Source of the DNA: Clostridiales bacterium
Lineage (GTDB): Bacteria > Bacillota > Clostridia > Christensenellales > CAG-138
Assembly (NCBI GenBank): GCA_009779405.1
Contig: WREI01000001.1
Span: forward strand, 15,013-79,012
DNA length: 64,000 nucleotides
Reading direction: 5' to 3'
The notes under the pieces were generated by a model. That model searched no databases. It was not told where the DNA came from and saw nothing but the letters and a program-made list of their open reading frames with translations. Positions 47,117 through 55,559 of the stretch are shown piece after piece. Positions within the stretch are counted from its first letter, which is position 1. The number at the start of each line of letters is the position of its first letter. The translations under genes were made by a program, and so were the position numbers.

Positions 47117-47619
47117 AGCAATTGAGACGCTTGGTTTATGCGGCCCTGCTCTGCGCGATCAGCATTGTTCTGACGCGGGTATTATCTTTGCAGCTCTCCC
47201 CCGCCATACGCCTGCATTTGGGCAATGTGCCGATCCTGCTGGCCGGGCTTTGGCTGGGGCCGCTCTGGGGCGCGGCGGTGGGCTTTGCGGCGGACTTCTT
47301 GGGGGCGACCTTGGTCTCCTCCTTGGGCTGGTTTGCGCCGCTCTCGCTTGCGCCGACGCTCTTGGGCGCAATCGTCGCGCTGCTGTCCGGGCGCAAACGC
47401 CGCTTTTGGCGCGTGATTCCCGCAATTATTATCTCCCTGCTGATTTGCGAGGTGGGCATCAAGCCCTATGCCCTGCACCTCTTGACCGAGACGCCCTGGG
47501 AAGCGGTGCTGGCCGCCCGCCTACCCTTCACGGCGCTGCAGGGCGCGGCAGAGCTGGCGCTGACCATACCGCTGGCCCTGACCCTGACGCCGTTGGTGCG
47601 GAGGAAGATTGAGGGGTAG
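47113..47619 (+). CDS. folT: ECF-transporter S component, folate family
   Basis: RRLVYAALLCAISIVLTRVLS...LGNVPILLAGLWLGPLWGAAVGFAADFLGA. 4-nt overlap with the upstream gene. Adjacent to folC. Confidence 0.7.
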   Translation: MKQLRRLVYAALLCAISIVLTRVLSLQLSPAIRLHLGNVPILLAGLWLGPLWGAAVGFAADFLGATLVSSLGWFAPLSLAPTLLGAIVALLSGRKRRFWRVIPAIIISLLICEVGIKPYALHLLTETPWEAVLAARLPFTALQGAAELALTIPLALTLTPLVRRKIEG

Positions 47620-47628
47620 GGGGCGGAT

Positions 47629-48849
47629 ATGACCTACGAAGAATTCCACGCATATCTCGCATCCGTTTCGTGGCGCGGCAGCCGTTTGGGGCTAAGCCGC
47701 ATCACGGAATTGCTGCGCCGCATGGGGGATCCGCAGAAGAGCCTGCGTTGCATCCATGTCGCGGGTACGAACGGCAAGGGCAGCACCTGCGCGATGCTTT
47801 CGCATATCCTGTGCGCGGCGGGCTATAAGGTCGGCCTGCATACCTCGCCCTATGTGAACGAGTTTGCCGAGCGCTTCCAAATCAACAACACGCCCATAGG
47901 CGACGCCGCGCTGCTCTGTGCGATGGAGACGGTGAAGGCCCACGCCGAGCAGATGGCCGACAGACCGACGGAGTTTGAACTGCTCTGCGCGGTCTCCCTG
48001 CTCTGGTTTGCGCGGGAAAATTGCGATTATGTCGTGATCGAGGTGGGCATGGGCGGGCGTTTGGATGCGACGAACGTGATCGACACGCCGCTCTTGGCCG
48101 TGATCACCGCGATGGGCTTCGACCATACGGCGAGTTTGGGGAATACGATGCGCGAGATCGCGACCGAGAAGGCGGGCATCATCAAGCCCGGCGGGACCGT
48201 GGTGATCTATGGCGAAAACGCGGAAGCCGAGACTGTGTTCGCAGAGGTCTGCGCGGCGCGCGGGGCCGTTCTGTATAAAACAGATTTCAGTCTGTATGAC
48301 AGCGAAAAATATACCCTCGGCTTGCAGGGCGCGTATCAGCGGAAAAACGCCGCGCTGGTGCTGCAATGCGTTGCGATTTTGCGGGATAAGGGAATTTCTA
48401 TCCCCGAAGAAGCCGTTGTCCGGGGCCTGGCGCAGACGCGCTGGCCCGCGCGCTTTGAGACCCTGCATGCGAACCCCACCGTGATTCTGGATGGCGGGCA
48501 TAACCCCCACGGCGTGCAGGCGGCGCTGGCGTCCCTGCTGGCGGGCTACCCGAACCGGAAATATCATTTTGTAATCGGCCTGATGGCGGATAAGGATATT
48601 GACGGTATGCTTGCACCCCTTGCCCCCCACGCTGTAGCCATGTATGCCATTGCGACCGATTATCCCCGCGCCCTCTGCGCCGCGACGCTGGCAGACCGGA
48701 TGCGTCGGTATTGTGAAAATGTTCTCTGCGCGGAGAGCGTGGAAGCGGGCGTGCGGCTTGCCATGGACGCGGCGGGTAAAGACGGCGTTGTCTGCGTGAT
48801 CGGCAGTTTATATATGGCCGGGGAAGTGCGGCGGCTCTTCGGCAAATAA
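47629..48849 (+). CDS. folC: Folylpolyglutamate synthase / dihydrofolate synthase
   Basis: HVAGTNGKGST P-loop, VIEVGMGGRLDATN, Mur-ligase architecture. Confidence 0.9.
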   Translation: MTYEEFHAYLASVSWRGSRLGLSRITELLRRMGDPQKSLRCIHVAGTNGKGSTCAMLSHILCAAGYKVGLHTSPYVNEFAERFQINNTPIGDAALLCAMETVKAHAEQMADRPTEFELLCAVSLLWFARENCDYVVIEVGMGGRLDATNVIDTPLLAVITAMGFDHTASLGNTMREIATEKAGIIKPGGTVVIYGENAEAETVFAEVCAARGAVLYKTDFSLYDSEKYTLGLQGAYQRKNAALVLQCVAILRDKGISIPEEAVVRGLAQTRWPARFETLHANPTVILDGGHNPHGVQAALASLLAGYPNRKYHFVIGLMADKDIDGMLAPLAPHAVAMYAIATDYPRALCAATLADRMRRYCENVLCAESVEAGVRLAMDAAGKDGVVCVIGSLYMAGEVRRLFGK

Positions 48850-48856
48850 GTCCCTT

Positions 48857-48886
48857 GTATGAAACCCAATTCCACAGGGCATACTG
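48857..48886 (+). promoter_or_regulatory. Forespore sigma-G/F-like promoter candidate
   Basis: GTATG (48857-61), 18 nt spacer, CATACTG (48880-86). Compared with B. subtilis SigG consensus GHATR-N17/18-CATXHTA. Confidence 0.35.
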
Positions 48887-48914
48887 CTCCCATCAATACG
48901 AGAGGAGCTTTGCC

Positions 48915-49052
48915 TTGCGTGCGACAAACTGGTTCATTTTATTCGGTCTCCTCCTGTTTACGCTTGCAATGGCGGGCATATTTCGCGCGTTCGCGCCTGC
49001 GCAGGCGGGCCCGGCAGATCAAACGCAGTATACGGGTTACAGGGAGGAATAA
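48915..49052 (+). CDS. Small membrane protein (45 aa) upstream of spoVAC
   Basis: TTG start 8 nt after GAGAGGAG. One TM helix (WFILFGLLLFTLAMAGIF). Confidence 0.35.
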   Translation: MRATNWFILFGLLLFTLAMAGIFRAFAPAQAGPADQTQYTGYREE

Positions 49053-49056
49053 ATTT

Positions 49057-49173
49057 ATGCCACACAGAACGAAGTTTTATGAGATTGCTCTGCACGGGGG
49101 CGGCGGCCATAGTTTGCCCGCCGACCGCGAGGTGTTTTTTTCGATACCCGCCGTCAAAGGCGAAAAAGCGTGA
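49057..49173 (+). CDS. Micro-ORF (38 aa) translationally coupled to spoVAC
   Basis: ATG 7 nt after AGGGAGGAA. The stop overlaps the GTG start of spoVAC (GTGA). Confidence 0.35.
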   Translation: MPHRTKFYEIALHGGGGHSLPADREVFFSIPAVKGEKA

Positions 49174-49616
49174 GCAGCGCGCAGTTTGACGCGAAAAAAT
49201 ATCGCGAGACGGTCAAAAAGAACCTGCCCAAGAGTCGCACACTGCGCAATATGTGCCGCGCACTTTGGGTGGGCGGGCTGATCTGCGTGCTGGGGCAGGG
49301 GCTTTCGGATCTCGCGCAGTATGTATTTTTATGGAGCGAGGACGCGGCCAGTGCCTTTGTACCCGTCGCGCTGATCTTCCTCGCGGACCTCACAACGGCC
49401 TTCGGCTGGTATGACAAATTAGGCTCCTATGCGGGCGCGGGTACGGTCGTACCGATCACGGGCTTTGCGAACGCGATTGCCGCGCCCGCCATGGAATACC
49501 GCTCGGAGGGCTTGGTGATGGGCGTGGGCGCAAAGCTCTTCTCCCTCGCCGGGCCTGTGCTGGTCTACGGGATCGGGTTTTCGGTGATTGTGGGCTTGGT
49601 GTCGTTGTTGTTTTAA
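49170..49616 (+). CDS. spoVAC: Stage V sporulation protein AC
   Basis: VVPITGFANAIAAPAMEYRSEGLVMGVGAKLFSLAGPV closely parallels B. subtilis SpoVAC (VPVTGFANSMASAALEHRSEG). Confidence 0.85.
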   Translation: MSSAQFDAKKYRETVKKNLPKSRTLRNMCRALWVGGLICVLGQGLSDLAQYVFLWSEDAASAFVPVALIFLADLTTAFGWYDKLGSYAGAGTVVPITGFANAIAAPAMEYRSEGLVMGVGAKLFSLAGPVLVYGIGFSVIVGLVSLLF

Positions 49617-49651
49617 TTAAGAGTTAAAAGTTTAGAGTTAAGAGTTATTGT

Positions 49652-49678
49652 AGAAATGCCGCCGGCATTTCTATTTTT
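49652..49678 (+). terminator. Rho-independent terminator after spoVAC
   Basis: AGAAATG-CCGCCGG-CATTTCT hairpin followed by ATTTTT. Confidence 0.7.
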
Positions 49679-49834
49679 AGTAGCACGGTGCAACTATTCA
49701 CTATCAGTGGTCTCGCGTCCCTTTTCTTTTTCCCTTTTTCGTGCTAAAATGACATATGCAAACAGAATCGGAAAATCAATAATAATACGAACCCCCCGGG
49801 GCGTATATAAAACAAACAAGAGGAGGGCATTCAC

Positions 49835-51163
49835 ATGGGACCATTGGGCTGGGGAATCATTGTAGCTGTTGTAGTTCTGTTTATCCTGCTGATCTCGTAT
49901 CGCAAAGCGCCGCCCGATAAGGCGCTGATCATTTCGGGCCTGCGCAGGAAGCCGAAGGTGTTGATCGGCAAGGCGGGCTTCGCCGTTCCGTTCTTGGAGC
50001 GGATCGACAAGCTGAACCTGTCCATCATTCAGTTGGATATCCGCGCGTCGGATATCCCGACCTCGGACTACATCAACGTGAACGTGGACGCGGTTGCCAA
50101 CGTCAAGATCAGCAAGGAAGCCGGGCGCATCCAATTGGCGGCGCAGCACTTCCTGAACATGAACAAAAAGGACATCGGCGTCAACGCGCAGGAGGTGCTC
50201 TCGGGCAATATGCGTGAGATCACCGGGCAGATGAAGCTGACCGACCTCGTCACCAACAAGCAGCTCTTCTCGGAGAAGATCCAGAAGAACGCGGTGGACG
50301 ATATCTATGCGCTGGGCCTCGAAATCGTATCCTTCAACGTGCAGAACATTTCCGACAACCAGCACGCCATCGACGACCTGGGTATCGATAACCTCGTCTC
50401 CATCCAGAAGACCGCAGCCATCTCCCGCGCCGACAGCGAGAGGGATATCAAAATCGCGCAGGCCAAGGCGGACGAAGAGGGCGCGCATGCCCGTGCCGCG
50501 GCGGACGCCAACATTGCCGAACAGCAGAAGATACTGGCAGTCAAGTCGGCGGCCTATAAGCAGGAATCCGACGCCGAAAAGGCGAAGGCGGATGCGGCCT
50601 ATCAGATCCAGGCGAACGCGCAGCTTCGCACAGTGAACGAGACGGAGGTGCTCGCGCAGACCGCCAGGGCCGAGAAGGAAATCGAACTGAAAGAGAAGCA
50701 GATTGCGCTCAAAGAAAAGGATTTGGACGCGGTTGTGCGCAAGCAGGCCGACGCGGAGAAATACCGCATCGAGCAAATCGCCGAGGCCGAAGCCCGCGCC
50801 GTGCGCATCAAGGCCGAAGCGGAAGCGGAAGCCATACGTATGAAGGGTCTCGCCGAAGCGGAAGCGCTGGAGAAGAAGGCCGAAGCGCAGGCCAAGATGC
50901 AGACGGCCTCCATCCTCGATATGTACTTTGCCAAGCTGCCCGAGATCGCGCGCGCCGTCAGCGAGCCCATCTCCAATGTGGACAGCATCGTGATGTACGG
51001 CGATTCCTCCACCAAGATGATTCAGGGCGGCGTCGACAAAATCAGCCAGATCAACGAGATCAGCAAGCGCACCCTGGGCCTGGACGTGAAGGATATTATC
51101 GGCAAATTTATGGGAATGGGCGCTCCCCCCACGCTGGATGAGGTGCTGGGCGAGGAGGAGTAG
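49835..51163 (+). CDS. Flotillin-like SPFH/Band-7 protein
   Basis: N-terminal TM hairpin, SPFH core (LIISGLRRKPKVLIGKAGFAVPFLERIDKLNL), long Ala/Glu/Lys-rich flotillin coiled coil. Confidence 0.85.
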   Translation: MGPLGWGIIVAVVVLFILLISYRKAPPDKALIISGLRRKPKVLIGKAGFAVPFLERIDKLNLSIIQLDIRASDIPTSDYINVNVDAVANVKISKEAGRIQLAAQHFLNMNKKDIGVNAQEVLSGNMREITGQMKLTDLVTNKQLFSEKIQKNAVDDIYALGLEIVSFNVQNISDNQHAIDDLGIDNLVSIQKTAAISRADSERDIKIAQAKADEEGAHARAAADANIAEQQKILAVKSAAYKQESDAEKAKADAAYQIQANAQLRTVNETEVLAQTARAEKEIELKEKQIALKEKDLDAVVRKQADAEKYRIEQIAEAEARAVRIKAEAEAEAIRMKGLAEAEALEKKAEAQAKMQTASILDMYFAKLPEIARAVSEPISNVDSIVMYGDSSTKMIQGGVDKISQINEISKRTLGLDVKDIIGKFMGMGAPPTLDEVLGEEE

Positions 51164-51167
51164 AGGG

Positions 51168-51596
51168 ATGGAGTTTTTACTTTACATCTTATCCTTCGCC
51201 TATGCCATTGTAGTGTTTTTGCAGACATTCATGGCATATGGTTCTGCCTATCGCATGACGAAACGGGAGGGCGACAGCGGCGTCGCCCTCTTCCTCTGGC
51301 TGTTCGTCTTCAACCTGGCCGCCACAATCCCCGGACTGGGCATCATCCTTTGGAAACGGAGCAAGACCTGGGAGTCGCCTCCCCCGATATATCGCAAGCC
51401 CGCAAATCCTATGCCCTCGACGCAAGTGGGAGCTTCCGGTGCCAACGCGCCGTCTGGGCAAAAAAACGCGCACCGGTCCGTAACCCCCAAAATAGAGGAC
51501 GTCCAATGCTATTGCCCGCTCTGCGAGACCAAACAGCTTACCGGGCGGAAATACTGTTATAAATGCGGCGCGAAGTTTGTTGCAGATGCCGAATAG
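51168..51596 (+). CDS. Two-TM + C-terminal zinc-ribbon protein (paralog P1)
   Basis: RBS GGAGGAGGAG. TM2 motif AATIPGLGIILWKRSK. VTPKIEDVQCYCPLCETKQLTGRKYCYKCGAKF. Confidence 0.65.
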   Translation: MEFLLYILSFAYAIVVFLQTFMAYGSAYRMTKREGDSGVALFLWLFVFNLAATIPGLGIILWKRSKTWESPPPIYRKPANPMPSTQVGASGANAPSGQKNAHRSVTPKIEDVQCYCPLCETKQLTGRKYCYKCGAKFVADAE

Positions 51597-51632
51597 GCCT
51601 GCATGCAGTATCCATAGAGAGGAGGTGTTATT

Positions 51633-52202
51633 GTGCCTGTCTTGGCTATCCTTTTACCGATTGGGTATATCATCCTTGTTCTTGTGCAGCAGCTTATGCT
51701 GCGCGCGTCCATGGAAGAGCATTTTGACCCGATCACCATCCGGGATTACAGCGACTACCAATCTGCCAAAGGGCATGTAGCGCGTTATTTCCTCGCCGCC
51801 CTTGTGCCGGGACTGGGTATCTATCGTTGGATACAATATAAGAGACGCCCGCTTGCCCCCGACCATTCGAACCAGTGGATTCAACCGCTTTTGGATGGCA
51901 AAGGCATGTTCCGCTGCCCGCTCTGCGGGCAGCGGCAACGCGCAACGAAGACGGAATGTCTGACATGCAAGGCGCAGTTTGAAAAAACCCCTGCGCCAAA
52001 TCGCGAACCCGCACCCGCGAAAGGTTCGGTCGCTGCCAACGCGCCTGGTGGGCAGGAAAACGCGCACCGACTCGTAACCCCAAAAATAGAGGGAGCCCAG
52101 TGCTATTGCCCGCTCTGCGAGGCCAAGCAGCTTACCGGCAGGAAATACTGCTTCAAATGCGGTGCGAACTTTATCGCGGCTGCGGTGAAAAGAGAAGAAT
52201 AG
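51633..52202 (+). CDS. Two-TM + double zinc-ribbon protein (paralog P2)
   Basis: GTG start 7 nt after GAGAGGAGG. AALVPGLGIYRWIQYKRR, CPLCGQRQ...CLTCKAQF, VTPKIEGAQCYCPLCEAKQLTGRKYCFKCGANF. Confidence 0.65.
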   Translation: MPVLAILLPIGYIILVLVQQLMLRASMEEHFDPITIRDYSDYQSAKGHVARYFLAALVPGLGIYRWIQYKRRPLAPDHSNQWIQPLLDGKGMFRCPLCGQRQRATKTECLTCKAQFEKTPAPNREPAPAKGSVAANAPGGQENAHRLVTPKIEGAQCYCPLCEAKQLTGRKYCFKCGANFIAAAVKREE

Positions 52203-52214
52203 GAGGGCGCTGCC

Positions 52215-52619
52215 ATGGGAAACGGGGATTCTAAAGAATGGGCTTTCTTTTTCAACAGTCCGTATTTCCTGCGCAAAAGAATTTACGAATTGGAAGATCG
52301 CATAGCGGCTTTGGAAAGGCGTTTGAATGAATTGCCGCGCCCTCCCGCCGCGATTCCAAAGGTCAAAAGAAACTCTGAAAAAACTGTCATTCCTTCCGCG
52401 GCAGGCGCGGGCAAGCTCCGTTGTCCGCTCTGCAATACAGAACAGCCAGCGGGTATACGATCCTGCAAAGAATGCGGCGCAAGATTCCAATACGCGGACA
52501 AGGTTGTCATCCCAAAAATCGAAAACGGCGCCTGTACCTGCCCCAACTGCGGGCAGGTACAGCGCGCCAACCGGAGCGTCTGCTTTGAATGCGGCATACC
52601 GTTTGCAACGGAGGAATAA
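52215..52619 (+). CDS. Coiled-coil + double zinc-ribbon protein without TM (paralog P3)
   Basis: RBS AGGAGGG. IYELEDRIAALERRLNEL, CPLCNTEQ...CKECGARF, VIPKIENGACTCPNCGQVQ...CFECGIPF. Confidence 0.65.
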   Translation: MGNGDSKEWAFFFNSPYFLRKRIYELEDRIAALERRLNELPRPPAAIPKVKRNSEKTVIPSAAGAGKLRCPLCNTEQPAGIRSCKECGARFQYADKVVIPKIENGACTCPNCGQVQRANRSVCFECGIPFATEE

Positions 52620-52729
52620 ACCTGATCCCCGGTCTGGGGCTTTTGCTTTGGTCGAAAAGCAAGCATAACGCGTCCGTGAAGGAGAAGGCAGAGGGCGAAC
52701 AGTAGAAACTTTCGGAGGGAGGTGTCGAA

Positions 52730-53038
52730 ATGATCTGGGCTGCACTGCTGCTTGGGCTCTTCTTCATTTACGCTGTCATTGTGGCCATTCAGTATGCGCT
52801 GCTGGGTGAAATTATGGAGCAAAGAATCCGATTTGACAATTATGATGAGCTTTCGATCCTCTCTTGGTCCTCTCATTATCAGGTCGCCGCCATGATACCC
52901 GGTTACGGTTTTTACGTTTGGAAGAAAAGCAAAACCATAGACTTCGGAACCTGGGAACTGCATGTGCCGCCGAAAGAAGGGGCGGAAGATGAAATGCCGG
53001 GGACTTGGCAACTGCAATTGCCTTCGGAGGAGGAATAG
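52730..53038 (+). CDS. Two-TM protein without zinc ribbon (paralog P4)
   Basis: RBS GGAGGGAGG. AAMIPGYGFYVWKKSK motif shared with P1 and P2. Confidence 0.6.
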   Translation: MIWAALLLGLFFIYAVIVAIQYALLGEIMEQRIRFDNYDELSILSWSSHYQVAAMIPGYGFYVWKKSKTIDFGTWELHVPPKEGAEDEMPGTWQLQLPSEEE

Positions 53039-53073
53039 GGGGCAGCTTTCCCGCGTTCGGCATACTCTATCCC

Positions 53074-53313
53074 ATGCAAACCCTAAACGATTTGAAAATC
53101 GGAGACAACGCCCGCATCGCAGCCCTGCCCGAAGACCCCGTCTTTGCGGCGCGGCTGCTTTCCTTTGGCCTTGCGCCCGGCGAGGGGATACGCTGCCTTT
53201 TGGCCGCGCCCGGTCGTTCCCCGCGTGCCTATGCCGTGCGCGGTACCACGCTGGTATTGCGTAACCGGGACGCGGCGTATATCTCTTGCCAAATATCGCG
53301 CGGCTTGGTATAA
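53074..53313 (+). CDS. FeoA-domain protein
   Basis: MQTLNDLKIGDNARIAAL...LLSFGLAPGEGIR...GTTLVLRNRDAAYI (SH3-like FeoA pattern). No feoB nearby. Confidence 0.65.
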   Translation: MQTLNDLKIGDNARIAALPEDPVFAARLLSFGLAPGEGIRCLLAAPGRSPRAYAVRGTTLVLRNRDAAYISCQISRGLV

Positions 53314-53343
53314 TATCCGCATCTAAAGAAGGAGGAAAAGATT

Positions 53344-53514
53344 ATGCCCCACATCATTCACGACGAATGCATCAGCTGCGGCGCCTGCGCGCCGGAATGT
53401 CCCACCGAAGCCATTTCCGAGGGAAGCAGCCAATATGTGATCGACCCCGACAAGTGCATCGACTGCGGCGTCTGCGCCGGCGTCTGCCCGGTGGAAGCCC
53501 CGAAGCCGGAGTAG
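53344..53514 (+). CDS. 2x[4Fe-4S] ferredoxin (56 aa)
   Basis: Own translation: MPHIIHDECISCGACAPECP...DKCIDCGVCAGVCP. RBS GAAGGAGGAA. Too short for the ORF track. Confidence 0.8.
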   Translation: MPHIIHDECISCGACAPECPTEAISEGSSQYVIDPDKCIDCGVCAGVCPVEAPKPE

Positions 53515-53621
53515 TTTCATGCGTGTACAACCCCGAATTACAAAAAAATGAGCGAATACCAGAAAAGCGGCACAAAGCGCCGCTTTTTGATTTATCGCTT
53601 GCAGAGCCTGTCCCCTGTCTC

Positions 53622-55478
53622 CTACCCAAGCGCCAGCTGCCGCAGTATCGCCGCCGCGTCCGCCGCGGTGATTTTGCCGTCGCCGTTGAAATCCGCCGCT
53701 GCCAACTGCGCGGGATTGAACACGCTCAGATCCGCCAGATAGCGCAGTACGAGCGCGGCGTCTGCGGCTGTAAGCATATTGTCGCCGTTTACATCCCCCG
53801 GACAGCCCGGCCGGATATCCGGGGTCGGGGTCGGCGTTGCCGTGGGCTTGGGGGTGGGTGTCGGCGTTGGTGTTGGGGTCGGTGTTGGCGTGGGTGTCGG
53901 CGTAGGCGTAGGTGTGGGTGTCGGCGTCGGTGTAGGTGTCGGCGTCGGATTGCCCGTGATGGTTACATAGGTGGCAAAGACATAGCCGATGGTCCCGGTA
54001 GGCAGGTGTTTGGCGTGATACCAGTCCCCGGTTCGGGAATACAGTTCGAGCGGGTCGTTTTTGCTCATTTTCAGGAGACTTGGATAGCTTGTGCCCGGCC
54101 CCGTTCGGAAATTGACCTCCGTCGCGTTGCAATAGCCATACCACTGCGGCACCAGCGGCGCCTGGGGCGGGTAGGCACGGGCGACGACGGCTTCGGTGGA
54201 GAGGTCGGTCGTGACGTTGATATTGTTGCCGTTGCCGTCCTTGATGGTCGCGCCCGGATAATAGAATTTCAGGATTTCCGCGTAATTATAGCCCAAATCC
54301 GCCATCTTCTGCGCGCCCTTGTGCGATACGCCCACGCGCGGGCCGGAGGGCAGGCCATAGACGATGTGCCATTTGCCGCTGCCAACGGGCGCGACATAGC
54401 GCAGGCTGCCCGTGGCGGAAATCCCCGCCGCAAGGAGATCGGCATAGTTGACGGTGACGGTGCAAGTGACGTCCGCACCGCTCGTGCGGGAGACCTGCAT
54501 GCTGATTTTGCAGGCCGTCTGCGCCAGCGAACTCGTGGGCAGGCTCATATTCGCGCCGGATGCGTCGATGCCGACGATATCCGTAATCTTGACGATATCC
54601 TTCGCCGTGCCGGAGATGGCTGCCGTCGCGCGGTTCAAGAGATAGTTATACAGAACCGTGTTCATCTGCGAGGGGTTGCCGCCATCGATGGGCAGGACGA
54701 CGCTGTTGCCGTTCGCCGACAGGTCGAAGGGATCATAGCGATGGGAATAGGCGTTTTCATAGGCCGTCGTACCGCCCCAGCGAAGTTTTGGCGTGAGCAC
54801 CACGCCGCCGTTGGCCGCGCCGTAATGCGTCTTCACCAAAACCGTGTTGTTGTAATACAGGGTCTGCTCCCACAGTTCGTCCACGGCGGCTATGATGCGC
54901 GTCGCGTCCGTTATGCCGAGATAGATTTGCGAGGAGCTGGTGTCGCCCAAGTCGTAGGCGCGGCTTTGGTTGGATGCCGCTTCCACGAGCGCGAAGCCCT
55001 TGCTCATCAGCACCTGGGCGCGGATGACTTCTATGCGCTCGGATGCGGAGAGTTCCCCATCCACCGCACCATAGAGATAGGCGCGCAGGGGGACGTGGTT
55101 GATGACTTGTACGCCCGTGCCGCTGGGATTGAAGACCAGATCGCCGAGGTAAGAGCGACTGCCCGAAGTATGCGGCAAGGTGACTTTCGCCGTCGCCCCC
55201 ACGCGCACAAGGCGAGGGTTGGTCTCGGTCGTCAAGGTGCCCGCACTCGAATGGGTCAGTTTGATCTTCCCGCCGGAATAGGACGCCGTCAGCGTGCCGC
55301 CCGAAAGGGAGGTGTTGCCCACCTTATAGCTGCCCGTCAATGTGATATTGATGCTCGCGGGCGTACCCGTGGACAGGAGAACGCGAACCGTGGGTTCCTC
55401 GGCCGCGGCAACGGGAGCGCTCCCGAACAGGGGAATCGCCAAAAGCAGTGCAAGCGCGAAAATACAGTTGCGTTTCAT
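53622..55478 (-). CDS. Secreted SpoIID/LytB-domain protein with SH3b domain, (TP)n linker and C-terminal dockerin-type repeats
   Basis: Signal peptide. SpoIID-like core (LRAYLYGAVDGELSASERIEVIRAQVLMSKGFAL). SH3b (VNFRTGPGTSYPSL). TP repeat. DVNGDNMLTAADAALVLRYL and DFNGDGKITAADAAAILRQL. Confidence 0.75.
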   Translation of the reverse strand: MKRNCIFALALLLAIPLFGSAPVAAAEEPTVRVLLSTGTPASINITLTGSYKVGNTSLSGGTLTASYSGGKIKLTHSSAGTLTTETNPRLVRVGATAKVTLPHTSGSRSYLGDLVFNPSGTGVQVINHVPLRAYLYGAVDGELSASERIEVIRAQVLMSKGFALVEAASNQSRAYDLGDTSSSQIYLGITDATRIIAAVDELWEQTLYYNNTVLVKTHYGAANGGVVLTPKLRWGGTTAYENAYSHRYDPFDLSANGNSVVLPIDGGNPSQMNTVLYNYLLNRATAAISGTAKDIVKITDIVGIDASGANMSLPTSSLAQTACKISMQVSRTSGADVTCTVTVNYADLLAAGISATGSLRYVAPVGSGKWHIVYGLPSGPRVGVSHKGAQKMADLGYNYAEILKFYYPGATIKDGNGNNINVTTDLSTEAVVARAYPPQAPLVPQWYGYCNATEVNFRTGPGTSYPSLLKMSKNDPLELYSRTGDWYHAKHLPTGTIGYVFATYVTITGNPTPTPTPTPTPTPTPTPTPTPTPTPTPTPTPTPKPTATPTPTPDIRPGCPGDVNGDNMLTAADAALVLRYLADLSVFNPAQLAAADFNGDGKITAADAAAILRQLALG

Positions 55479-55559
55479 GCACCCTTTATACCATATTCGG
55501 AATGAGAAAAGCGTGTAAAGGCGGAAAGTTTCAAGTTATACGACAGGTATGCCGGGTTT

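Noticed and set aside
49698-49712. CACTATCAGTGG resembling the half-site of the putative recombinase sites at 45.1-45.3 kb.
   Set aside because: Only about 8 nt are shared, which is expected by chance in this window, and there is no palindromic partner.
53820-53950. Near-periodic GGTGT/GGCGT tandem DNA that superficially looks like a simple-sequence or array-like repeat.
   Set aside because: It is the coding sequence of the (Thr-Pro)n linker of the SpoIID-like protein on the minus strand. It has no spacer/repeat structure and is not a CRISPR array.
53286-55505. 739-aa plus-strand ORF.
   Set aside because: It is antisense to the SpoIID-like gene, extremely Arg/Gly-rich (RRCRGLGGGCRRWCWGRCWRGCRRRRRCGC) and has no RBS. 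It also masks the real 56-aa ferredoxin gene.
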